Assembly (NCBI GenBank): GCA_030017475.1
Contig: JASEIO010000003.1
Coordinates: 1 to 59,542, forward strand
DNA: 59,542 nt
Source of the DNA: a bacterium
Lineage (GTDB): Bacteria > UBA9089 > JASEIO01
Reading direction: 5' to 3'
Positions 19,072-27,662 of the stretch are shown piece after piece; the stretch's first letter is position 1, and the number at the start of each line of letters is the position of its first letter. The notes beneath the pieces are model-generated. The model was not told the origin of the DNA. It saw only the letters and a list, made by a program, of their open reading frames with translations, and did no database searches. The translations under genes and the position numbers were made by a program.

Positions 19072-19802
19072 GGAAGGCTAATTTACTTGAGATTTACCTT
19101 GCAATTCAAGGGGAAGGGATATATGTTGGGGAAAAACAGATATTTATAAGATTTGCTGGATGTAACCTGAGGTGTAAAACATGTGATACCCCTTTTTCAT
19201 TAACCATTCCAAAGGTTTGTAAGATTAAAAATGATACTAATTTTACAGAGTTACCTAATCCATTAACTGTACATCAGGTGGTCTCGGTAGTAAAAGGGAT
19301 TAATCCAGTTTGCTATTCCATCAGTCTAACAGGGGGTGAGCCTTTATTACAAGTAGATTATTTAGAAAAGTTATTACCTGTCCTAAAGAGTGAAGGATTT
19401 GAAATATATTTAGATACAAATGGAACAATCTCGAAAGCACTTTCCACAATCATTAGTTGGATTGATATAATAGCTATGGATATTAAGCTAAGAAGTGTAA
19501 CCGGACTACCTTATTTTTGGAAAGAGCATAAAGGATTCTTGAAGCTTGCTAATAAAAAAGAGGTTTTTGTAAAGATCGTAGTTAGCAATAATACACTGGA
19601 TGAGGAAATAGGGGAGGCGTCTTCTTTGATTAAATCCATTAATCAAGATATTCCATTGGTCCTACAACCCATAGCAAAGATAGGAAGTTATGATAATTCC
19701 CCTTCTCTTCAAAAGCTACTTCATTTTCGAGATATTGCCGCCCGTCAGATACCAAATATTAGAATTATTCCTCAGATTCATAAGATAGCTGGATGGGAAT
19801 AA
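19068..19802 (+). CDS. queE: 7-carboxy-7-deazaguanine synthase (radical SAM)
   Basis: IQGEG, CNLRCKTCDT, TGGEPL, PQIHK. Confidence 0.93.
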   Translation: MRKANLLEIYLAIQGEGIYVGEKQIFIRFAGCNLRCKTCDTPFSLTIPKVCKIKNDTNFTELPNPLTVHQVVSVVKGINPVCYSISLTGGEPLLQVDYLEKLLPVLKSEGFEIYLDTNGTISKALSTIISWIDIIAMDIKLRSVTGLPYFWKEHKGFLKLANKKEVFVKIVVSNNTLDEEIGEASSLIKSINQDIPLVLQPIAKIGSYDNSPSLQKLLHFRDIAARQIPNIRIIPQIHKIAGWE

Positions 19803-19813
19803 AGGAGGTTAAG

Positions 19814-20533
19814 GTGTTAAGAAGGGATGGGAGAGAAAATTGTGAACTAAGAAAGGTAAATATTCATCGGAGATTCCTAAGACAGGTTCCTGGCTCAGTT
19901 CTGATAGAGATCGGTTTAACAAAAGTAATCTGTACCGCAACGCTTGAGGATAGGGTACCAACTTTTTTAAAAGGAACAAATCAGGGATGGATAAGAGGAG
20001 AATATTCTATGATTCCATGTTCATCTCCTCAACGGATCCCAAGGGAACAGGGTAGAGGAATTAGTGGAAGAACCCATGAAATTCAAAGGTTAATTGGAAG
20101 GGCTTTACGGGCTATCTTTGATTTGAATACCTTGGGAGAAAGGACAATAATTATCGATTGTGATGTTATCCAAGCTGATGGTGGAACAAGATGTGCCTCA
20201 ATCACTGGTGGATATGTTGCCTTAGTTGATTTAATAGCTCAACTAATGAAAGAGGGCGTAATTCAAGAGCATTCAATTAAAGACTATGTTGCTGCAACAT
20301 CGGTAGGGATTATAGATGGAGAATATCTGTTAGATCTTAACTACGAAGAAGATTCTGCGGCATCATGTGATTTTAATGTAGTTATGACAGGTTCTTCTGA
20401 ATTTATTGAGATCCAAGGTACAGCAGAAAGGAATCCGTTTTCTATGGAGGAGTTAAATTCACTTATTGATTTAGCCAAGGCAGGGATTTCGAAGTTGATT
20501 AATATACAAAAGGAGATTCTGGGTGATATTTAA
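19814..20533 (+). CDS. rph: Ribonuclease PH
   Basis: GRTHEIQRLIGR, QADGGTR, EIQGTAE; probable GTG 19814 after AAAGGAGG. Confidence 0.96.
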   Translation: MLRRDGRENCELRKVNIHRRFLRQVPGSVLIEIGLTKVICTATLEDRVPTFLKGTNQGWIRGEYSMIPCSSPQRIPREQGRGISGRTHEIQRLIGRALRAIFDLNTLGERTIIIDCDVIQADGGTRCASITGGYVALVDLIAQLMKEGVIQEHSIKDYVAATSVGIIDGEYLLDLNYEEDSAASCDFNVVMTGSSEFIEIQGTAERNPFSMEELNSLIDLAKAGISKLINIQKEILGDI

Positions 20534-21129
20534 TGATTGAGATAGTCATTGCCTCAAGGAATGAGAAAAAGGTTCGAGAGATAAAACAGATCACTAAAGG
20601 CATCCCAATTAAATTGCTGCCTTTAGGGTCCTTTAAAGATTTACCTGAAATAATTGAGGGCGGAAAGACCTTCCAGGAGAATGCAAAAAAAAAGGCTCTT
20701 ACAATAGCTAATCTTACAGGGAAGATCTCATTAGCTGATGATTCAGGATTGGAGGTAGAGGCGCTGAATGGTGTGCCAGGGATTGAATCTTCAAGATTTG
20801 CCAAGACAGATAAGGATAGGATAGATAAACTTTTAGGATTGATGAAGGATATTCCAAAAGAAAAAAGACAAGCCAAGTTTGTCTGTGCTGTAGCAATAGC
20901 CTTACCTGATAATGGAAAGGTTACTGCGGTATCTTCTGAATGTAAAGGTACAATCAGTTTTAAACCCAGAGGAAGAGGTGGATTTGGTTATGACCCTATA
21001 TTTATCCCAGAAGGTTATAGTAAGACATTTGCCGAATTATCTCGAGACGCTAAGAATAGAATAAGCCATAGGGCACGTGCCTTCAAAAAGGCAAAAAAGA
21101 TTTTGCTTGACATTCTATCTAAACAATGA
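20533..21129 (+). CDS. rdgB: XTP/dITP diphosphatase
   Basis: ADDSGLEV, GFGYDPIF, KNRISHR. Confidence 0.95.
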   Translation: MIEIVIASRNEKKVREIKQITKGIPIKLLPLGSFKDLPEIIEGGKTFQENAKKKALTIANLTGKISLADDSGLEVEALNGVPGIESSRFAKTDKDRIDKLLGLMKDIPKEKRQAKFVCAVAIALPDNGKVTAVSSECKGTISFKPRGRGGFGYDPIFIPEGYSKTFAELSRDAKNRISHRARAFKKAKKILLDILSKQ

Positions 21130-21141
21130 ATAATAGCTAAT

Positions 21142-21217
21142 CGGGGCGTAGCGCAGTTTGGTTTAGCGCGTGTGGTTTGGGACCACAAGGTCGCTGGTTC
21201 GAATCCAGTCGCCCCGA
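21142..21217 (+). tRNA. tRNA-Pro(UGG)
   Basis: Cloverleaf; anticodon arm TGTGG-TTTGGGA-CCACA; TTCGAAT T loop; CCA not encoded. Confidence 0.95.
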
Positions 21218-21386
21218 CTCACTCCTCACTAGAAACCTCCTGATGAGGTAGTGCTTCTACATGTCGTGCTGTTGTTTCATCTAAAAGGATCAAAATTGCT
21301 ATTGTAAGATCCACCTTTCAATATCCGGATTATAAAGCTAAGAAGATGATGGAGGAGTTTATCGCGGGGAATCTTGTGAGTTAATC

Positions 21387-21983
21387 ATGACTAAGAACCT
21401 ATTATTAGCCTTTATCCCAATATTTGTGGCAGTTGATGCAGTAGGGGTTTTACCGATTTTTGTCTCACTTACTCAGGGACTTAAGAAAGAGGAAAGATCA
21501 AGGATTATCTTTCAGTCAATGCTCACAGCTATATGCTTAGCGGTAGGTTTTATATTTTTAGGCAAAATTGTATTCAAACTTCTTGGTATTACCTTAGGCG
21601 ATTTTATGGTAGCAGGGGGCGCTATTCTTTTCTGTATTGCCATAATGGATATAATAAATCCGGGGAAGAGGCGCCGTATACCAAGTAATGAATTGGGTAT
21701 CGTTCCATTAGGCACGCCCTTAATCGTTGGTCCGGCTGTATTAACTATCTCCTTAATTATTATTGGTGAATATGGCTTATGTGCTACATTGTTCTCGGTT
21801 TTAGCTAATGTTATATTAGCCGGCATAGTCTTTTCTCTTTCCGGAGTTTTAACAAGGTTTCTTGGCGAAGCAGGCTCTAAAGCCCTCTCAAAGATTACAA
21901 GTCTCCTTTTGGCCGCTATAGCCATTATGATGATAAGAAAAGGGTTAGCGCAGATTTTTAATTTAAAAATGGAGATTGTATGA
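21387..21983 (+). CDS. MarC-family membrane protein
   Basis: F..VD..G..P.F, AGG, VPLGTPLIVGP motifs; 6 TM. Confidence 0.9.
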   Translation: MTKNLLLAFIPIFVAVDAVGVLPIFVSLTQGLKKEERSRIIFQSMLTAICLAVGFIFLGKIVFKLLGITLGDFMVAGGAILFCIAIMDIINPGKRRRIPSNELGIVPLGTPLIVGPAVLTISLIIIGEYGLCATLFSVLANVILAGIVFSLSGVLTRFLGEAGSKALSKITSLLLAAIAIMMIRKGLAQIFNLKMEIV

Positions 21984-22236
21984 ACAACAAAAGAGAGAAG
22001 GATTATGATGGTATCCGTAAGGATATAGAGCGGAATGGAAGGAAACGTCGTTCACACTTGGCGAGCAAGAGGGGCAAAAGTAGGAGAAATTCTTCCCGAC
22101 GGGCACTTGATGTAGGACATATGTGGAATGGATTAGTGGAGATTGATAGGGGGACACGAAATTTATCGTTATCGTAAGGTTATTTCTCTTTCTGGCCAAA
22201 AGAGATGTAGCTTGAGAAGGAAGGAGGGATTTCCAA

Positions 22237-22332
22237 ATGGCAAAGAAGAAAAAGACTCAAAAACCATGCGCTAAACCAGTAACAAAGCCAAAGGAAGAGG
22301 TTAAAAAGAAGAAGGCTAAAAAGGAAGAGTAA
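22237..22332 (+). CDS. Small Lys-rich protein (31 aa)
   Basis: AAGGAGGG RBS then MAKKKKTQKPCAKPVTKPKEEVKKKKAKKEE*; below ORF-track cutoff. Confidence 0.55.
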   Translation: MAKKKKTQKPCAKPVTKPKEEVKKKKAKKEE

Positions 22333-22365
22333 AGAGGATATCAAGGGATTAAAAATTGGAATAAG

Positions 22366-22390
22366 AGGACGCTGGCCACGTCCTTTTGTT
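22366..22390 (+). terminator. Putative intrinsic terminator
   Basis: AGGACG-loop-CGTCCT followed by TTTGTT. Confidence 0.4.
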
Positions 22391-22441
22391 ACAGATTTAA
22401 CCGGGCAAGTATATCTTGACTTGCCCAATTTTTTAAAATGA

Positions 22442-23764
22442 ATGTCTATGGTTCTTGAGAAGAAACAGGCAAATAAAAGTCTAAAATTTTCCTTTCTCGA
22501 CGGGGTATTTGCCAGCGGAATGACTGGATTTACACAGGGATATTTTACTCCTTTTTTGCTACTTTTGGGTGGGACAGCAGGACATGTAGGAGCGCTTTCC
22601 GCCTTTCCTAATCTCTTTGCCTCTTTAATACAACTTAAAAGTGCCGATTTAACTGAGAAGGTGAAGTCGCGCAAGAAGATTATTAGTATCTTTGTATCTT
22701 TTCAGGCACTTATGTTATTGCCAATGGCAATTATTGCCTTGTTAGGTATAGAAAAGCCGGTTGTTTTTATAGCTACAGTAATTCTATTTACCTCTTTTGG
22801 AGCACTGGCTACTCCTTGTTGGGGAAGTTTGATGTCAGATCTGGTAGCAGAAGATAGAAGAGGCCAATATTTTGGTTGGAGGAATAGAACCCTTGGTTTT
22901 GTAACGGTAGCTTCGGCATTTATTGCTGGATTTATTCTTCATCAGATGAAGAAGATTAATATATTTTATGGGTTCGTAATTGTTTTTAGTTTAGCCTTTA
23001 TATTTAGAATTATCTCCTGGTATTTCCTGAAGAGAATGTATGAGCCCCCATTAGAGTATAAAAAGGAGGATTATTTTACTCTTATTAACTTTTTGTCTCG
23101 AATAAGAAAGAGTAACTTTGCAAAATTTGTCTTATTCGTATCAATGATGAACTTCTCCGTTAATTTAGCATCTCCGTTTTTTGCGGTGCTGATGTTAAGA
23201 GACCTTCATTTTAGTTACCTACTTTACTCCCTCATTACCATTACCGCTACCTTGACAATTTATCTTACAATTAGCCGCTGGGGCAAACACGCCGATAGGA
23301 TAGGTAACATTAAAGTAATTAAATTTACATCTCCATTAATTGGCGTTATTCCTCTATTATGGATTGTGAATCGTAATCCTATCTTTCTATTCTTTGCTCA
23401 AGTTATCTCTGGCTTTGCTTGGGCTGGCTTTAATCTATGCGCTTCAAATTTTATTTACGATGCAGTAACACCTGAAAAACGCATCAGATGCATCTCATAT
23501 TTTAATGTCCTTAATGGCTTAGCGCTTTGTTTTGGCGCCCTCTTAGGCGGCTTTTTACTTCAGAAATTATCTCCTCTTTTCGGCTATAAGATTTTGACCC
23601 TCTTTTTGCTTTCTTCAATATTGAGACTTTTGGTTGGTTTTCTTATGTCCATGAAATTGAAAGAGGTAAGGCCGGTTGAAAAGATTAGTAGGAGTCAATT
23701 GTTTTTCAGCGTAATTGGCATAAGACCTCTTTTGGGAATAGAAAGGAAGACCGTTAGATATTGA
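22442..23764 (+). CDS. MFS transporter
   Basis: About 12 TM, WGSLMSDLV..RRGQYFG, WGKHADRIG motif-A-like. Confidence 0.88.
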   Translation: MSMVLEKKQANKSLKFSFLDGVFASGMTGFTQGYFTPFLLLLGGTAGHVGALSAFPNLFASLIQLKSADLTEKVKSRKKIISIFVSFQALMLLPMAIIALLGIEKPVVFIATVILFTSFGALATPCWGSLMSDLVAEDRRGQYFGWRNRTLGFVTVASAFIAGFILHQMKKINIFYGFVIVFSLAFIFRIISWYFLKRMYEPPLEYKKEDYFTLINFLSRIRKSNFAKFVLFVSMMNFSVNLASPFFAVLMLRDLHFSYLLYSLITITATLTIYLTISRWGKHADRIGNIKVIKFTSPLIGVIPLLWIVNRNPIFLFFAQVISGFAWAGFNLCASNFIYDAVTPEKRIRCISYFNVLNGLALCFGALLGGFLLQKLSPLFGYKILTLFLLSSILRLLVGFLMSMKLKEVRPVEKISRSQLFFSVIGIRPLLGIERKTVRY

Positions 23765-23765
23765 G

Positions 23766-24707
23766 ATGAAATTAAGACGTTATAAAGATAACCCTATTTT
23801 AAAACCGAATGAAAACAATTGGTGGGAGTCCAAGGCAGTCTTCAATCCTGCTACTATCTATAAAGACGGCTTAGTCTATCTCATCTATCGGGCAATCGGC
23901 GAATATGAAAACTATATTTCTCGATTTGGGCTTGCGGTATCAAGGGATGGTCTAAACTTTGAGAGAGTTAGTAACGAACCAATCTTTGAGCCACAGGAAG
24001 AATATGAAAGATGGGGATGTGAGGACCCAAGGATCACTGAACTTGAAGGAAAGCTTTATCTAACCTATGTTGCTCACTCAAAGCCTGCCCTAAACGGAAG
24101 TGGTGCTCGTTCTGCATTGGCATCGACGCAGGATCTACGCAATTTTAAAAGGCAGTGGATTATTACACCTGATAGAGCAATTGATAGAGATACAGTACTT
24201 TTTCCAGAAAAGATAAACAATAGATATGTAATGCTGCATAGACCTCTAAATTGGGTAGGCCCTGAATATAATACAGACAACCCAAGCATCTGGATTGCCT
24301 ATTCTAATGACTTAAAAGAATGGTTCAATCATAAACCCATAATGAAGCCCCAAAAGACCTGGGAGTCGTATAAGATAGGTGCCGGCCCTCCCCCAATAAA
24401 GACAGAATATGGCTGGATTTTAATCTATCATGGGGTGGAAAGGAAAAGAGAGAAGAACATCTATAGGGTAGGTGCTGCTTTGTTGGATTTAAGTGATCCT
24501 TCTCGGATTATTAGCCGCTCAGATGAACCAATTTTAGAGCCGCAAGAAGAATATGAGAAGAAAGGTGATACCCAAGACGTTGTATTTCCAGAGGGCTCCG
24601 TTTTATTAGATGAAAGACTTTACATCTATTACGGGGCAGCGGATAAGACATGCTGTCTTGCGACAATAAATTTAAAAGACCTAATCGATTGGCTTAAAGG
24701 ATTATAA
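23766..24707 (+). CDS. GH130-family glycosidase/phosphorylase
   Basis: AVFNP, GCEDPR, LFPEKI, LHR, IYHGV, YYGAAD. Confidence 0.9.
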   Translation: MKLRRYKDNPILKPNENNWWESKAVFNPATIYKDGLVYLIYRAIGEYENYISRFGLAVSRDGLNFERVSNEPIFEPQEEYERWGCEDPRITELEGKLYLTYVAHSKPALNGSGARSALASTQDLRNFKRQWIITPDRAIDRDTVLFPEKINNRYVMLHRPLNWVGPEYNTDNPSIWIAYSNDLKEWFNHKPIMKPQKTWESYKIGAGPPPIKTEYGWILIYHGVERKREKNIYRVGAALLDLSDPSRIISRSDEPILEPQEEYEKKGDTQDVVFPEGSVLLDERLYIYYGAADKTCCLATINLKDLIDWLKGL

Positions 24708-24769
24708 GGCGCTTTACCATCTGGTCGAACCATCTTTACCTCCACATCCCAGAATTTTTAGAAAATGCG

Positions 24770-24798
24770 TTGACAAAGGGAAAGGTTTTTGATATAGT
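24770..24798 (+). promoter_or_regulatory. promoter of tRNA cluster 1
   Basis: TTGACA-17-TATAGT with extended TG. Confidence 0.7.
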
Positions 24799-24826
24799 TA
24801 TGTGTGAGAAGCTAAGTTTAGTAAAT

Positions 24827-24899
<73 letters not shown>

Positions 24900-24910
24900 C
24901 CTGGAAATAT

Positions 24911-24985
24911 GGTGGGCGTAGCTCAATTGGTTAGAGCGAAGGACTGTGGATCCTTAGGTTGGGGGTTCAAATCCCCTCGCTCACC
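24911..24985 (+). tRNA. tRNA-His(GUG)
   Basis: G-1 with C73; anticodon arm AAGGA-CTGTGGA-TCCTT. Confidence 0.95.
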
Positions 24986-24993
24986 CTAAGTGT

Positions 24994-25070
24994 GCGCCTG
25001 TAGCTCAGTTGGATAGAGCGGTGGACTTCGAATCCAAAGGTCAGAGGTTCGAATCCTCTCAGGCGTGCCA
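24994..25070 (+). tRNA. tRNA-Arg(UCG)
   Basis: Anticodon loop CTTCGAA; CCA encoded. Confidence 0.93.
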
Positions 25071-25071
25071 C

Positions 25072-25149
25072 GCGCCTATAGCTCAACTTGGATAGAGCGG
25101 CGGACTCCGGATCCGAAGATTGGGGGTTCAAATCCCCCTTGGCGCACCA
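25072..25149 (+). tRNA. tRNA-Arg(CCG)
   Basis: Anticodon loop CTCCGGA; CCA encoded; one T-T mismatch in acceptor stem. Confidence 0.92.
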
Positions 25150-25182
25150 AAAATAGTCTTATGGATTTGGATAGTTCTGGAT

Positions 25183-26655
25183 TCACATCCTCCTTAGTTG
25201 TAGTAAATTGACCTTACCCTCTCCTTCATACTCTTTCTCTTCCCCAGTTTCATCTTCACATATGGAAATTATTTTGTATTCATAAGTTGTCTCTGGCTCT
25301 AATCCTTTTAACCAAATCTTATGTTCCGTATAATACCATTCACCAATTGGATCATAGGATGCCTCCTCTTTCATACCAGCTCCCACCTTTCCATATCTAA
25401 CCTTCCCCTTTGTAGGTTTATTTGTCATCCACCTTATCTTTGCATAAGTACTACCTATCTCAAACAAATCTGGTCCTTCCACAACCTTTGGTGGGTTGTG
25501 CTTGTAAACATCCCAACCAATTACTGACCTACTCAAATCCACATATGGAGCAATATAATCTGTCCATCCTTGATTTTCTATCACCTCATCAATTTGATCA
25601 CTTATATCCTCTTCTCCTATCTCCTCTACATAGTCTATAGCAAAGACAGTAAATCCATCCTTCTTCTTAGCCTCTTGATTTAACCCTGGTGCAATATGCC
25701 TTATATTCCAGTCACGATTCTCTGGACAATAGAAACATTCAAACATAGCTCCATTTATAGAACGTCTAACAACAGACTCAAGCTTTCTGAAAGTAATTGT
25801 ATGTTTAGGATTTGCAAAACTATCTTCATATTCAGAATCGAAGTAAAAATGTGGATTATTTGCAATTATGTATTTATCTGGATACCACGCCCTAATCTTT
25901 TCAATCAATTCTGCCATTCCCTCACCAGTCTCTGGATAGCCATCATAAGGATTAGCTGTCATAACTGTATCTAAAAACAACCCGTCACATCCCAACTCAC
26001 TGATTATAGCTTCTGTCCCAGGCCAATCATACAAATCTTCTCCTTCTTTCAAAATACGATTATTTTTTATAAGGTATTGCCAATCTGGGTCTCCTGCATT
26101 TACATAAAAGCTACCCCATTTTTCATTCCTATCTGGTTTTCCATCATGTCCTGGTTTACCTGATTCATTATCAATTTCATCCAAATACCATGAGGCACAA
26201 CCATTATTCTCGTATACGAATCTTTTATTCTCTGGATCGTAATACACAGGACCAGTACCATCTCCTTCTCTTGGATCCCAAATTCCATCTCCATTTTTAT
26301 CCACTTCAGGTACATCATCCTCTCCAATAGATATATATCCAATAACGATTACATCATCCCCATCACCAAGTATTCCGTTAGTACCCCTTTTGATATCCTC
26401 TATTAGACTGGCATCAATAAGACCACCATCCTTAAACCGGGATCTTGGGTGGATAATAACAAGATCAAACCTCCTTGCCTTTTCTATCATATCACTATCC
26501 CAATCTCCATAATAGCAAAGATAATTACTTTTCGAGTCAATACCTGGAATTGGTCCATAATTAACCTCTTGAATATAGGCTAAATTACCAAACCATACAC
26601 ACATAATCACAATTGCAAGAATGATCATCACAAACTTCCATTTTCTATCCTTCAC
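25183..26655 (-). CDS. Secreted GH114-like (endo-alpha-1,4-polygalactosaminidase-like) protein with FN3-type domain; 3' end probably frameshifted
   Basis: YLCYYG, FDLVIIHP, VIGYISIGE, DGLFLDT; then IRWMT...VRYG...H.I.LKGLEPETTYEY FN3 motif. Confidence 0.75.
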   Translation of the reverse strand: MKDRKWKFVMIILAIVIMCVWFGNLAYIQEVNYGPIPGIDSKSNYLCYYGDWDSDMIEKARRFDLVIIHPRSRFKDGGLIDASLIEDIKRGTNGILGDGDDVIVIGYISIGEDDVPEVDKNGDGIWDPREGDGTGPVYYDPENKRFVYENNGCASWYLDEIDNESGKPGHDGKPDRNEKWGSFYVNAGDPDWQYLIKNNRILKEGEDLYDWPGTEAIISELGCDGLFLDTVMTANPYDGYPETGEGMAELIEKIRAWYPDKYIIANNPHFYFDSEYEDSFANPKHTITFRKLESVVRRSINGAMFECFYCPENRDWNIRHIAPGLNQEAKKKDGFTVFAIDYVEEIGEEDISDQIDEVIENQGWTDYIAPYVDLSRSVIGWDVYKHNPPKVVEGPDLFEIGSTYAKIRWMTNKPTKGKVRYGKVGAGMKEEASYDPIGEWYYTEHKIWLKGLEPETTYEYKIISICEDETGEEKEYEGEGKVNLLQLRRM

Positions 26656-26809
26656 ATTGCACCTCCCACTACCAAATGAATGCCCTTATCATATCAATAT
26701 GATAGCACATTTTCCCACAAAATAGAAGAGGTAATTGGGGACGTATTCCTCCTCGATCTACTAATGCCCCTCTCATCCTTGACTTCCATTACCTTCAAAA
26801 AGTTTTTTC

Positions 26810-26838
26810 TTGCAATTCCCACATATCTCAGTTATAAT
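26810..26838 (+). promoter_or_regulatory. promoter of tRNA cluster 2
   Basis: TTGCAA-17-TATAAT. Confidence 0.65.
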
Positions 26839-26897
26839 TTAAAGAGTTAGAGAATTAAACGATAATAATTACTTAATATGATTTGTAATACAAGATT

Positions 26898-26971
26898 GGG
26901 TCGTTAGCTCAATTTGGTAGAGCAGGGGACTCTTAATCCCAAGGTTATAGGTTCGAGTCCTATACGACCCA
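26898..26971 (+). tRNA. tRNA-Lys(CUU)
   Basis: Anticodon loop CTCTTAA; acceptor GGGTCGT/ACGACCC. Confidence 0.95.
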
Positions 26972-26977
26972 CTAAAT

Positions 26978-27034
26978 AACAGACAACAGATGACAAAGAA
27001 CAGAAGACAAAGATTTGACTTCTAACCTCTGGCT
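26978..27034 (+). repeat. Degenerate heptamer tracts between tRNA-Lys and tRNA-Leu
   Basis: AACAGAC AACAGAT GACAAAG AACAGAA GACAAAG, then TTTGACT TCTAACC TCTGGCT. Confidence 0.65.
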
Positions 27035-27037
27035 TTT

Positions 27038-27121
27038 GCGAGAGTGGCGGAATTTGGTAGACGCGCTAGACTTAGGATCTAGTGGGAATTTCCCATGCGG
27101 GTTCAAATCCCGCCTCTCGCA
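27038..27121 (+). tRNA. tRNA-Leu(UAG)
   Basis: CTAGA-CTTAGGA-TCTAG; long variable arm. Confidence 0.95.
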
Positions 27122-27155
27122 CTTAAACCCTTTTCTTTCTTAAAGAAAAAGGATA

Positions 27156-27229
27156 GCGGGAGTAACTCAGAGTGGTAGAGTACAACCTTGCCAAGGTTGG
27201 AGTCGTGGGTTCAAATCCCATCTCCCGCT
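27156..27229 (+). tRNA. tRNA-Gly(GCC)
   Basis: CAACC-TTGCCAA-GGTTG; U73. Confidence 0.95.
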
Positions 27230-27362
27230 CTTTAGATAATTGGTATTCCTGATTTATCCTGATACGCTTTTTGGTTTAATCTTTGATTTTTATAATCCTT
27301 GCTTCGCAAGAATTATCTTGACAACGGTGTTATTATTATAGTAAAATAAAATAATGGAAAAA

Positions 27363-27449
27363 GCCGAGGTGGCGGAATTTGGTAGACGCAGCGGACTTAA
27401 AATCCGCTGGGGTTTTAACCCCGTGCCGGTTCGATTCCGGCCCCCGGCA
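27363..27449 (+). tRNA. tRNA-Leu(UAA)
   Basis: GCGGA-CTTAAAA-TCCGC; long variable arm. Confidence 0.95.
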
Positions 27450-27475
27450 CTTGCAAAATTTGGATAACTAATTAT

Positions 27476-27550
<75 letters not shown>

Positions 27551-27574
27551 GTTCTTTTAGAGGTATTATGTCAT

Positions 27575-27648
27575 GGCGGTGTAGCTCAGCTGGTCAGAGC
27601 ATACGGCTCATATCCGTAGTGTCCGGGGTTCGAATCCCTGCACCGCTA
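27575..27648 (+). tRNA. tRNA with CAU anticodon, most like elongator tRNA-Met
   Basis: TACGG-CTCATAT-CCGTA; acceptor GGCGGTG/CACCGCT. Confidence 0.85.
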
Positions 27649-27662
27649 TCAGGAAATTTAAG

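Noticed and set aside
22180-22674. 164-aa minus-strand ORF and other long antisense ORFs (4242-4781, 11350-11940, 58830-59294)
   Set aside because: Overlap well-supported genes on the opposite strand and show no motifs
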